Positions 35,279-43,900 of a stretch of DNA of 44,966 nucleotides are shown here, one piece after another (the first letter of the stretch is position 1; every line of letters begins with the position of its first letter). The notes below the pieces were generated by a model that was not told the DNA's origin, ran no database searches, and worked only from the letters and a program-made list of their open reading frames with translations. The translations under genes and the position numbers were made by a program. The DNA is from a virus (taxonomy: Duplodnaviria > Caudoviricetes): the IMG/VR virus record IMGVR_UViG_3300032074_000006, positions 1-44,966 of that record; one strand, 5' to 3'.

Positions 35279-35418
35279 GGAGCGAAGCGACCGAACGCTC
35301 CGCTCCTTGTAATGAGGCGCTTTGAGAGCGCCTCTTACTTACTTGTTTTACGACGCCCTTTAGGGGGCGTCGATATTGGGAGAGGCTGGGGCCTCTCTTA
35401 CAGGGGCGCTTTAGCGCC
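35279..35418. repeat. Cluster of five tandem hairpins
   Basis: Stems 35279-35306, 35314-35334, 35351-35372, 35380-35397, 35405-35418. Confidence 0.85.
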
Positions 35419-35692
35419 TTAGGGAATTACGTGGGCCAGGGGTCTATTGACACGAGACGCGCTCAATTACCGCTAGCTGAGGCCAGAGGTTACGCGTGTG
35501 GCGCGTGTGGTGTGGGCTTGTGGCCGGCGCTGGGGTGCCCTTAGTCTGGTTGCGCTGCCGGGTTCCAACTTGAGAGGAAGTCTCTCCCTGTCGCCCGGTG
35601 GCCGCGTTTCCCTCATCAGATATGGGGGCTCGTGTGCGTGTTTGCTGTGTGGCTGTTCGCAGTTCTGGGGATAGAGTCTGCGAACGACGGAG

Positions 35693-35726
35693 AGCCCCCG
35701 CCCCTTGTTCCTGGGCGGGGGCTTTC
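35693..35726. terminator. Intrinsic terminator-like hairpin
   Basis: agcccccgccc-cttgttcct-gggcgggggct then ttc. Confidence 0.7.
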
Positions 35727-35737
35727 TGCTGTGCCGG

Positions 35738-35836
35738 CTATAGCCAGAGGGTGAGGGCGATGAGTACGCCGACCATGAGGGCGATGCTGGCGAGGACTGC
35801 GACTCTGAGCCACCAGGGCCAGGGGTCTACTCCCAC
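35738..35836 (-). CDS. 32-aa membrane peptide
   Basis: MGVDPWPWWLRVAVLASIALMVGVLIALTLWL; overlaps upstream stop, followed by hairpin. Confidence 0.55.
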   Translation of the reverse strand: MGVDPWPWWLRVAVLASIALMVGVLIALTLWL

Positions 35837-36000
35837 GCCCGGAAGTATGGGCGCATCCACTTGGGGAGCTGGGCGATGACGCTCGCGGCGGTGATGACGC
35901 CGGCCGCGTCGTCGGCGGCGGTGAGGGTTTCCACTGCGCGTTGGGCGCGGGCTCGGGCGACGACGGGTCGCGGCTTCGGCGGCGGCTTCCGGCTGGTCAT
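35827..36000 (-). CDS. 57-aa basic hypothetical protein, leaderless
   Basis: MTSRKPPPKPRPVVARARAQRAVETL...; promoter directly upstream. Confidence 0.55.
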   Translation of the reverse strand: MTSRKPPPKPRPVVARARAQRAVETLTAADDAAGVITAASVIAQLPKWMRPYFRAWE

Positions 36001-36006
36001 GGCCGC

Positions 36007-36035
36007 ACTGTAGGGACGGCGACACGCCGTGTCAG
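36007..36035 (-). promoter_or_regulatory. SigA-like leaderless promoter
   Basis: CTGACA-17 nt-TACAGT-6 nt-ATG(36000). Confidence 0.6.
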
Positions 36036-36211
36036 CCCACGTCCCCCGATGCGGTGTATTGCCGTGCGAGGGTTCCCCGGAACGCAGTGAGGGCCAGGGG
36101 TTCCGACGCCCCTGACCCTCGTGTACTGCACCCACCAACGCCCGGTGGGGTTGCCCCACAGTACAGGGGCTTCTCCCTCTCAGGCGCGAAGGACACGCCG
36201 AGGGGTTGAGG

Positions 36212-36373
36212 ATGAACAGGAAGCGCAAGAGCCGCAGGGCTCCGCTGCCGGCGACGCCTCCCCCGCTTCACTGCTCGACGTGCGGTTGGCCGCGTGGCGG
36301 TTCGTACGACTGGACCGGCTGGCACCGCTTCTGCGCCCCGGACGCGAAGAACCCCGGACTGCCTATGGAGTGA
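36212..36373 (+). CDS. 53-aa Cys/His peptide (not in ORF track)
   Basis: MNRKRKSRRAPLPATPPPLHCSTCGWP...WHRFC; GAGGGG/GAGG RBS. Confidence 0.45.
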   Translation: MNRKRKSRRAPLPATPPPLHCSTCGWPRGGSYDWTGWHRFCAPDAKNPGLPME

Positions 36374-36654
36374 ATCCACAGGAAGTGCCGGGGTTCCAGG
36401 CGTCGGGCCAACGACTGGAACCCATTGTCCACACCCGTGTGCGTTCGCGCAACCGGGCCTGAGGCGTGTCTGAAAACTCCACAGCTCTGCCGACCGTGCT
36501 CGACGGCGCTCGCCTCGCGCGGTTCCTTTTTAGAACGGTCCCCGGAGGGGACCGTAAAACAGTTCTTCGGCTTTCAGTTAGATGACGTTGAGACTTTCTC
36601 CGTTATTACGTTAGCCGGGTACGTTCATCGCACCTGTGGAAATGTGGAAAACTC

Positions 36655-38541
36655 ATGGCTGAACGCGTCATCAACCGTGCTCGCGGTTCCAACTCCGGTA
36701 AGGCCGGGAAGCTTTCTGTGCCGCTGGCTAAGGAGAAGGTGCTTAAGGGCCTACGGGACGGCCTCACGGTGCGGGACGCTATGGCGACCGTGGATAGGCA
36801 GGCCAGTACGTACATTGATTGGCGTCGTAATGACGACCAGTTTCGTCTGGCGGTGGATCAGCTCCGCGATATTGCTAATGCGGCTCGCCGGCGCGGCGAT
36901 GAGGGCGCTACTCAGGTGCCGGAGTTCACTGAGTTTTCCGAGGTTTATCTTGACCATGCTGTGCCGGAGCATCATCTGCGCACGCTGGATATGATGGAAG
37001 GGCGCGAACCGCGCAATCTTCACCCGGCCATGAAGTACCACCGGGGCAGGCAGAACTATTTGCTGATCAATTACCCGCCGGATCACGCGAAGTCAACGAC
37101 TTTTAGTGTCAACTTTCCCACGTACCAGATCATTCGTGATCCGAATACGCGGGGTGCGATCATTTCTAAGACGGGTAATTTGGCCCGTCAGTTCCTTGGC
37201 GCTATCAAGAACCGTTTGACGAATCCCCGGTACAGCTCGCTACAGCAGGCTTTCGCCCCGGAGGGCGGGTTTGAGGGTGAGTCGTGGACGCAATCCGCTA
37301 TCTATGTGGGTGGCCGTAACTCGGGTGAGAAAGACCCGACGGTGCAGGCGTTGGGCATGGGCGCTGCGGTGTATGGCGCTCGTCTCGATTGGGTTGTGCT
37401 GGACGACTGCATTGACACGTCGAACGCGCACCGCTTTGAGGAACAACTGCAATGGCTTTCCACTGAGGTTCTGACCCGGCTACCGGATGACGGGCTGGTG
37501 ATGATCCTGGGCACCCGTATTGCGGCACAGGATTTGTACCGCAAGTTGCGGGAGATGCTGGATTACGACGGCACTACCCCGCTGTATACGTATCTGGCGC
37601 AGCCGGCCGTGCTGGACGGCAGTGCGGAGACTCCCGAGGGCTGGGAGTGCCTGTGGCCGGAACGCTGGCCGGGGCCGGCGCTCGCTCGACGGAAGGCCAC
37701 GCTCGGCTCGGCCGCGCGGTGGGCGCTCGTCTACATGCAGCAGGACGTGTCCGAGGAGGCCACGTTCCCCGCTGGCGCGGTTGAGGCCGCAGTGAATAGG
37801 GCTAGAGCGGCCGGAAGCCTCACGTCGGGTGTGCAGGGCATGGACGCCGCGTCGAAGCCTCAGAACCTTTACATTGTGGGCGGGCTTGACCCGGCCACCA
37901 CCGGCAAGACGGCGATGATCGTCGCAGCTCTTGATAGGGCGACCGGGCAGCGGATCGTGCTGGACGGCTTTAACAAGGCCAACTGCCCGCCGCTGATGAT
38001 GCGCGAGAAGATCGTTGAGTTCACCCGGCGATACAACATCAAGGAATGGGTCATCGAACGAAACGCCTTTCAGCGTTATCTGACCCAGGACGAAACTCTC
38101 AAGCGTGAGCTGTTCGGGCTCGGGTGCATTCTCCGTGAGCACTGGACGGGCAGCAACAAATACGATGAGGACTTCGGTGTCATGTCAATGGCCCCTCTCT
38201 TCTTGTCGTGCGTTGACCCCGTTGAGGGTGACCCGTGGAGAAGGCGTAAGGGCGGCGGTCTGATTGACCTGCCGAACCGTCAGTTCTCCACGTTTGTTGA
38301 CGAGCTGGTGGAACAGCTCATCACCTGGGCTCCGTCCGGTAATAAGCGCACCGTGCTCAGCGACCTCGTAATGGCCCTTTGGTTCTGCGAGATTGCCTTT
38401 AAGCGCCTGCTGGATAACGGCAGGTCCGCGCCGAAACATTCGGACAATCCCTTCCTGCCGCGCCGCGAGAAGGCACGCCGGCAGTCAGTCAACTTGGCAG
38501 CTCTCCGAGAAGAGGCTGTGGCCGCACGCCTAAGCGGATAA
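36655..38541 (+). CDS. terL: Terminase large subunit with N-terminal HTH-like extension
   Basis: Walker A-like PPDHAKST, Walker B VVLDD, GTR motif, nuclease GLDPA and DLVMALWF. Confidence 0.92.
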   Translation: MAERVINRARGSNSGKAGKLSVPLAKEKVLKGLRDGLTVRDAMATVDRQASTYIDWRRNDDQFRLAVDQLRDIANAARRRGDEGATQVPEFTEFSEVYLDHAVPEHHLRTLDMMEGREPRNLHPAMKYHRGRQNYLLINYPPDHAKSTTFSVNFPTYQIIRDPNTRGAIISKTGNLARQFLGAIKNRLTNPRYSSLQQAFAPEGGFEGESWTQSAIYVGGRNSGEKDPTVQALGMGAAVYGARLDWVVLDDCIDTSNAHRFEEQLQWLSTEVLTRLPDDGLVMILGTRIAAQDLYRKLREMLDYDGTTPLYTYLAQPAVLDGSAETPEGWECLWPERWPGPALARRKATLGSAARWALVYMQQDVSEEATFPAGAVEAAVNRARAAGSLTSGVQGMDAASKPQNLYIVGGLDPATTGKTAMIVAALDRATGQRIVLDGFNKANCPPLMMREKIVEFTRRYNIKEWVIERNAFQRYLTQDETLKRELFGLGCILREHWTGSNKYDEDFGVMSMAPLFLSCVDPVEGDPWRRRKGGGLIDLPNRQFSTFVDELVEQLITWAPSGNKRTVLSDLVMALWFCEIAFKRLLDNGRSAPKHSDNPFLPRREKARRQSVNLAALREEAVAARLSG

Positions 38542-38550
38542 CACTTACGA

Positions 38551-40374
38551 ATGGAGTCCGCAGTGGCGGAAAGTTGCAGTCAGAGGATCAAGCGGCTTAA
38601 GCACGCTTCGTCCGCTCGTGACCGGCGTATGCGTGAAGTGACGATGGTCCGCAAGGGCGAGGTTCACCTAATGGCACCGGGCCTGTTCTCCGAGGACTGG
38701 CCTAAGCCGTTGATCGCCAATACCGTTGACACAATCGCTCGGGATTTCGCGGGCACTCTGGCTCCGCTTCCGTCGCTGAACTGCGCGTCTCGCGCCATGC
38801 GGACCGATAAGGACAAGCGGGCAGCCGAGAAGAAAAACAAGATCGGTGCCAACTATTGGCGGATCAGCAGCCTGGCATCGGCCATGCTGATCGGGGCCGA
38901 TCACTACTTGTCTTATGGCTTTATGGTTGGCTACGTCGAACCGGACTTCGACAAGCAGCAGCCGATGATCCGCATTGAGGATAGCATCGGCGCGTACTAC
39001 GAACGCGACCGTTTCGGTAACGTGACCTTCTACGTGAAGACGTGGCAAGAGCCGGCGTGGCGGGTAGCCGAACGGTTCCCCGAGTTGGCGCACATGATCA
39101 TCCCAAAGACCTCGTACGGCAAGCCTGATCCCGAGGCAATGCTCGAGGTGGCCCGGTCGTGCGACGAGTCGGAGTGGCGACTGTCCATCGTGGACGGCGT
39201 AACCCTGTCCTCGTACAAGCACGGGCTCAAGCGTCCCCCTGTGGTGGTGGCGCAGCGGCCGGGTATCGACGGCAACGAGGCGCACGGGCAATTCGATCAG
39301 GTGTTGTGGACGTGGCTTGCCCGCGCCCGCCTGGCGCTCATGCAGCTCGACGCGGCGAACAAAGCGGTCAACTCGCCCATTGTTCTGCCCAATGACGCTG
39401 TTGAGTTTAACGTCGGACCGGACGCGGTTATTCAGACGGACAACCCGAGTGCGGTCCGCAAGGTCAGCCTTGAGTTGCCGTCGTCCGCTTTCGCCGTGGC
39501 AGATCAGCTCGACAATGATGTGCGTATCGGCTCGCGTTTCCCCGAGGTGCGCAACGGCACCCCGCAGGCTTCCGTCATCACGGGACGCGGCGTGCAGGCT
39601 CTCATGTCTGGCTATGACGTGCAGATCGCGGAGGCGCAGGTCGTCATCGGCCAGGCCATTTCGCGGTTGACCTCGCTGGCCTTTGAGATTGATGTGGCCC
39701 TGTGGCCGAATACGCGCAAGCGCATCATGGGAAACAGTGCGGGCGAACCGTTCGACCTGACGTACACGCCGGCCACCGATATTTCGGACAACTTCTCGTG
39801 CGATGTGAGCTACGGATACGCAGCCGGCCTTTCGCCTAACCAGGCGATTGTGATGCTGTTGCAGCTCCGTGGCGACAAGCTGATTAGTCGTGACACCTTC
39901 CGCCGTCAGCTACCTTTCGACGTTGATGTGGACGACGAGCAGCGCCGCATTGATGTTAATGAGACTGAGGATGCGGCAATGCAGGGGCTCTTTGCCCTGT
40001 TGCAGTCGCTCGGCCCTATGGCGAGTGCCGGCGTCGATCCCATGCCGGTGCTCCGCGCATCGTCGGAGTTCATCAAGGCGCGGCGTAACGGCGTGCCCGT
40101 TGAGATTGCGATGGAAAAGGCGTTCACTAAGCCGACCGTGAATGAGGAGCAGGGCGAGACTGCGCCCGATGCCGAGACTGGTCCCGGTGAGGGCGGCGGT
40201 CCCGGTGGTGAGCTACCTCAGGGCGTGAACGCGAATGGCCTGCCGACTGGTGTCGCACCGGGGCAGGCAGGTATGTCCCCCGGTGGCATGCCCGACATTT
40301 CTACTTTGGTCGCCGGCTTGCGCGGTGGCCGACCCGTTTTGGACGGCAGCGTTACGCGACGCCTGCCAATCTAA
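38551..40374 (+). CDS. Portal protein
   Basis: 607 aa directly after terminase; RDRRM...PLIAN...LAPLPSLNC...ITGRGVQALM; Gly/Pro-rich tail. Confidence 0.85.
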   Translation: MESAVAESCSQRIKRLKHASSARDRRMREVTMVRKGEVHLMAPGLFSEDWPKPLIANTVDTIARDFAGTLAPLPSLNCASRAMRTDKDKRAAEKKNKIGANYWRISSLASAMLIGADHYLSYGFMVGYVEPDFDKQQPMIRIEDSIGAYYERDRFGNVTFYVKTWQEPAWRVAERFPELAHMIIPKTSYGKPDPEAMLEVARSCDESEWRLSIVDGVTLSSYKHGLKRPPVVVAQRPGIDGNEAHGQFDQVLWTWLARARLALMQLDAANKAVNSPIVLPNDAVEFNVGPDAVIQTDNPSAVRKVSLELPSSAFAVADQLDNDVRIGSRFPEVRNGTPQASVITGRGVQALMSGYDVQIAEAQVVIGQAISRLTSLAFEIDVALWPNTRKRIMGNSAGEPFDLTYTPATDISDNFSCDVSYGYAAGLSPNQAIVMLLQLRGDKLISRDTFRRQLPFDVDVDDEQRRIDVNETEDAAMQGLFALLQSLGPMASAGVDPMPVLRASSEFIKARRNGVPVEIAMEKAFTKPTVNEEQGETAPDAETGPGEGGGPGGELPQGVNANGLPTGVAPGQAGMSPGGMPDISTLVAGLRGGRPVLDGSVTRRLPI

Positions 40375-40384
40375 GGAGACTTCG

Positions 40385-40612
40385 ATGGACGAGGACGACG
40401 ACACTTTTGAGCCGCTGCCAGCGACCCCGATGCAGGGCATTGATGCCGTCGTCCTCGTCCTCGATCTAGTTACCAACCTGTTCCGGGTGGGTGGCCGTTT
40501 CTGGCAGGACGCCACGGAGCTTGTTGCCCGGCACGCGAACTACCGCGTGGCGGTCAAGGAGTTTGAGCGTGAGGCTGGCTTGGAGATTGAGCGGATGGTG
40601 AGCGGCGAATGA
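40385..40612 (+). CDS. Small hypothetical virion-operon protein
   Basis: AAGGAG RBS; ATGA coupling. Confidence 0.65.
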   Translation: MDEDDDTFEPLPATPMQGIDAVVLVLDLVTNLFRVGGRFWQDATELVARHANYRVAVKEFEREAGLEIERMVSGE

Positions 40613-40983
40613 GTATGCCCGTGTCCGGGCCTGGCCCCTATTCTCAGCGGACCGATAAGCAGCCGATCCGCCCGGTGACCGGCCTGCCCTACGGCGACGG
40701 CCAGGCGCTTGTGGCGCAGCAGCAGGGAGCGCCTATGGCGCAGACCAACACCACTCCCCCGCCCGAGGCTATCCCTTTCACTGCCCCGTCTAGCCGGCCG
40801 AATCAGCCGGTGACCGCAGGTGCCGACAAGGGGGCTGGTCCGGGCAGCGAGATTCTTGCGCAGCGCCCCTATGCCGCGCCTGTCGCCTCAAAGCTTGTTC
40901 AGGCCCTACAGCGTGCGTCCGCTTCGGACACGTCGGGCACCCTCGCCTCCCTTCTTTCGGTGGCGATTCAGAGAGGACTGTAA
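40609..40983 (+). CDS. Small Pro/Gly-rich virion-operon protein
   Basis: PVSGPG..SQRTD...YG.G...RP..PVTAG..GAGPG motifs. Confidence 0.7.
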   Translation: MSMPVSGPGPYSQRTDKQPIRPVTGLPYGDGQALVAQQQGAPMAQTNTTPPPEAIPFTAPSSRPNQPVTAGADKGAGPGSEILAQRPYAAPVASKLVQALQRASASDTSGTLASLLSVAIQRGL

Positions 40984-43900
40984 GTGACTGAGCCGGTTGA
41001 CCCGCAGGACCGTTACCTTGAGCGGCTTCGCGCCGTGTGGAACGAGGATTTCGGGACACAGTACCGGCCTGGCCTTGCAGATAAGCTCGCGTCGTCCGAT
41101 GCCAGCATGGAGGACTTGGCCCGTATCGGCGCGATGGTCCGGGCTCTGGACGCGCAGAAGACCACCCGTCTCGCTCAGCAGTCGGGCGCAATCGAATCCG
41201 CTTCCGGGCAGAAGACGGACCTGCTTAACGCGGTGGGCGCGGGACACGAGGCGGTCAAGACCGCCAATTACCACGCGCACGCGTCGGCCGATAAAGACCT
41301 GCCGTGGTGGCAGGACGTGCAGCAGTGGGTCACTAAGAACATTTACGGTATTGACCTGACTGACCCCAACATGCACGACGAGGCAGTGCGGTCCGCGCTC
41401 ACCTCGCCGGGTAGCGCCGCGCTCGGCAAGGGACTTGAGCAGGTCGCCAAGTTCGCCGGCTTCCTGTACCGCTCGGAATCCCCCGTTGGCCTGAGCCCTA
41501 TTGCTGGCGCGGTCATGGCCCTCAAGGGCGAGAACCCTTTGCAGCAGGGCACGAACGCCGACGTGGCGGAGAAGCACGCCGCCATGCAGGCGCAGGGCTA
41601 CGACCCGCACGATGTGTGGGACAACATTGCGTTTAACTGGAACCAGGGCGAAAGCACCTTCCGCGACCTGTCGGCCGTGCGCGACAGGTTCGGCAGCAAG
41701 GACGTTGACCTCGCGCTCAACGTGTTCCGCAACGGCTCCGAGTTCGATGACTCCCTGTACGCCGCTCGGGTGGGCGTGGAGAACGACTACGCGGCCGGGA
41801 AGATCACGCTGGAAGAGGCCACGCAGAAGATCAACCGCCTGGAAGACCCGCAGTTCCGCGAGGTGTACGAGGCAGTTGACCGTAGCCACGTGTCTCCCGG
41901 CCGCGACCTTGGCCGCATGGTTCTGCCTAAGACGTGGCAGAACGATTGGGGCTTCACCGCCCTTTCGGGCTCGGCCGACTCCCTGTGGACACTGTTCATG
42001 GACCCGACCATTATCGGCGGTAAGGCACACGAGGCGTACCAGCTTTCCAAGTGGGGGCTCGACGGGCTCACCGACACCCGCATCTACCACCTGTTGGGCG
42101 AGACGGACGCGGCCGGCGTTGCGCCGGCCGCTAAGTACCTGTCGAACAACGTCCGCCGTGCCGGCGTGCAGTCGTTCCTCGACGCCCGCAAGGCGTGGGA
42201 CGAGGCGCTTGCCAGCGGCGACGAGGATGCCGCCGCAGTGATTAAGGCTGGGGCGAACGAACGGCACCGTGACCTTATGCCGCTGTGGTCTGAGGTGGGC
42301 GGCATCCGCCCGGCCATTACACCGGCTGAGCGTGAGGCGGCGACCAAGCAGGGCATCCGCTATCTCGACGTTAACGGCATTGAGCACCTGGGCATTCAGA
42401 CTGCCCCGATCACGGACGTTCGCGGCTTCGCTGAGTACGCGGTCAACAATTTTGCTTTTCAGCGGTTGGCTAACGGCATGGCCGCGCAGGCGCGTCCGCT
42501 CCTGCCGGGCAAGGTGGGGGTTGCGGCGGAGCGCCGCGCTCTCCGCGCCGAGAAGCGTACCCGTGACGGAATCGACAGGGCGTACGACGAGGGCCAGACG
42601 GTTCTCAACTTCTCGGCCGCGAAGCTCAATGGCATTGTGGCCGATGAGGCTTCGGCCAAGCTGGAAGAGGCTGCCCGCCTGCGCGGTGAGGAACTGTTCG
42701 ACCAAGCTGACGCGGCGGAGCTGTCTGCGAAGAAGCTGCGCTACAAGGCGGATGCGACTGCGCGCCGGCTGTCCACGTTCCTGCCGCAAGGCCGGGAGCT
42801 GCGGCTTAATTCTGCGACGGACTCTCGGGTCGTTGAGCAGTTCGCCCGTATCTTCCTGCCCAAGTGGGAAGCTACCCGTTACGCGTCGATGTGGGAGGCG
42901 GCTTCCCCCGCTGGCCGGCGCACGCTGGCTAAGGCGCTACTGGTGCAGACGCTTGAGGCGTCCGGGCTGACCATTTCCGGTGTCGGCAAGGAACTGACCG
43001 ACAAGTACATCAACGACTTGGACAAGCTGGGCAAGCGCCGTTACGGCTTCGGTGACTCCGACAAGATTGGCGAGACGTACCGGGGCGATATTCGCGCCGG
43101 CCTGTACGAGTCGCAGATTGAGGATTCGGTTTCGATCCCGTCGTTCACTGAGCTTCGGCAGGCAGCCGCGAAGGCGGCGGTCATGGGGTACGACCCGAAC
43201 ATGACTAAGTTCGGTCTGGACGCGGCGTCGATGCGTCAGCTCGCTATGGGCAAGGGCCGCAGGATTCCGCGTCTCGGGACGACGGCGCTGCGCTATTACC
43301 TGTTCTCGTCACCGGCCGCTGATCGGCTGATGAACTTTGTCAAGCTCGGCTGGATTCTGACGCCGGCCAACATGATCCGCAATGCTGGCGATGAAGGTCT
43401 GTTGATCTACGGGACCGGGCATGGCGGCGACCTGAATCGCGGCCGCGAGATTATGCAGCGCGGCGGCATTCGTGCCGACCTCAACCCGGACCTGCCCCGG
43501 CACCGTGTTCTGCTGAGCATGGTGCCCCGCGATCTACGGCCCAAGGTTAAGACTCTGGCCGATGCGGCGCACGCACTCAGCATCGGCAAGCTGCGCACTC
43601 TCGGCAATCCGGTGACGGAGGAAGAGATTGCGATTGCGAAGCGGCTTGAGGAGCGCACGCTTTCCGACGAGGTTCTTGAGGTTCTTGGTGGCCGGCTCAT
43701 CGACAATGCCGAGGACGGTCTAGGGCACCAGTTCGCGCAGGACGCGCACGCGGCCGGCGTTCCGCTGGAACGCTGGAAGTTCCAGGGCTACAAGCTCGAT
43801 GACGTGGACGCCGATTCTGGCCTGGGCTTGCAGGCGTTGATCAACAACTATGGTCAGCGGTTCATGCCCAACTCTCCCGCCAATGCAACGCTGTCGTGGC

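Noticed and set aside
34855-35422. Track ORFs 34855-35124 and 35114-35422
   Set aside because: No RBS or motifs, low-complexity translation, overlap repeats and hairpins of the control region
40906-42789. 627-aa minus-strand ORF (also 2166-3473, 8507-9433, 10429-11376, 12418-13368, and plus-strand 20667-21563)
   Set aside because: Antisense shadows of real high-GC genes; no motifs and typical shadow composition
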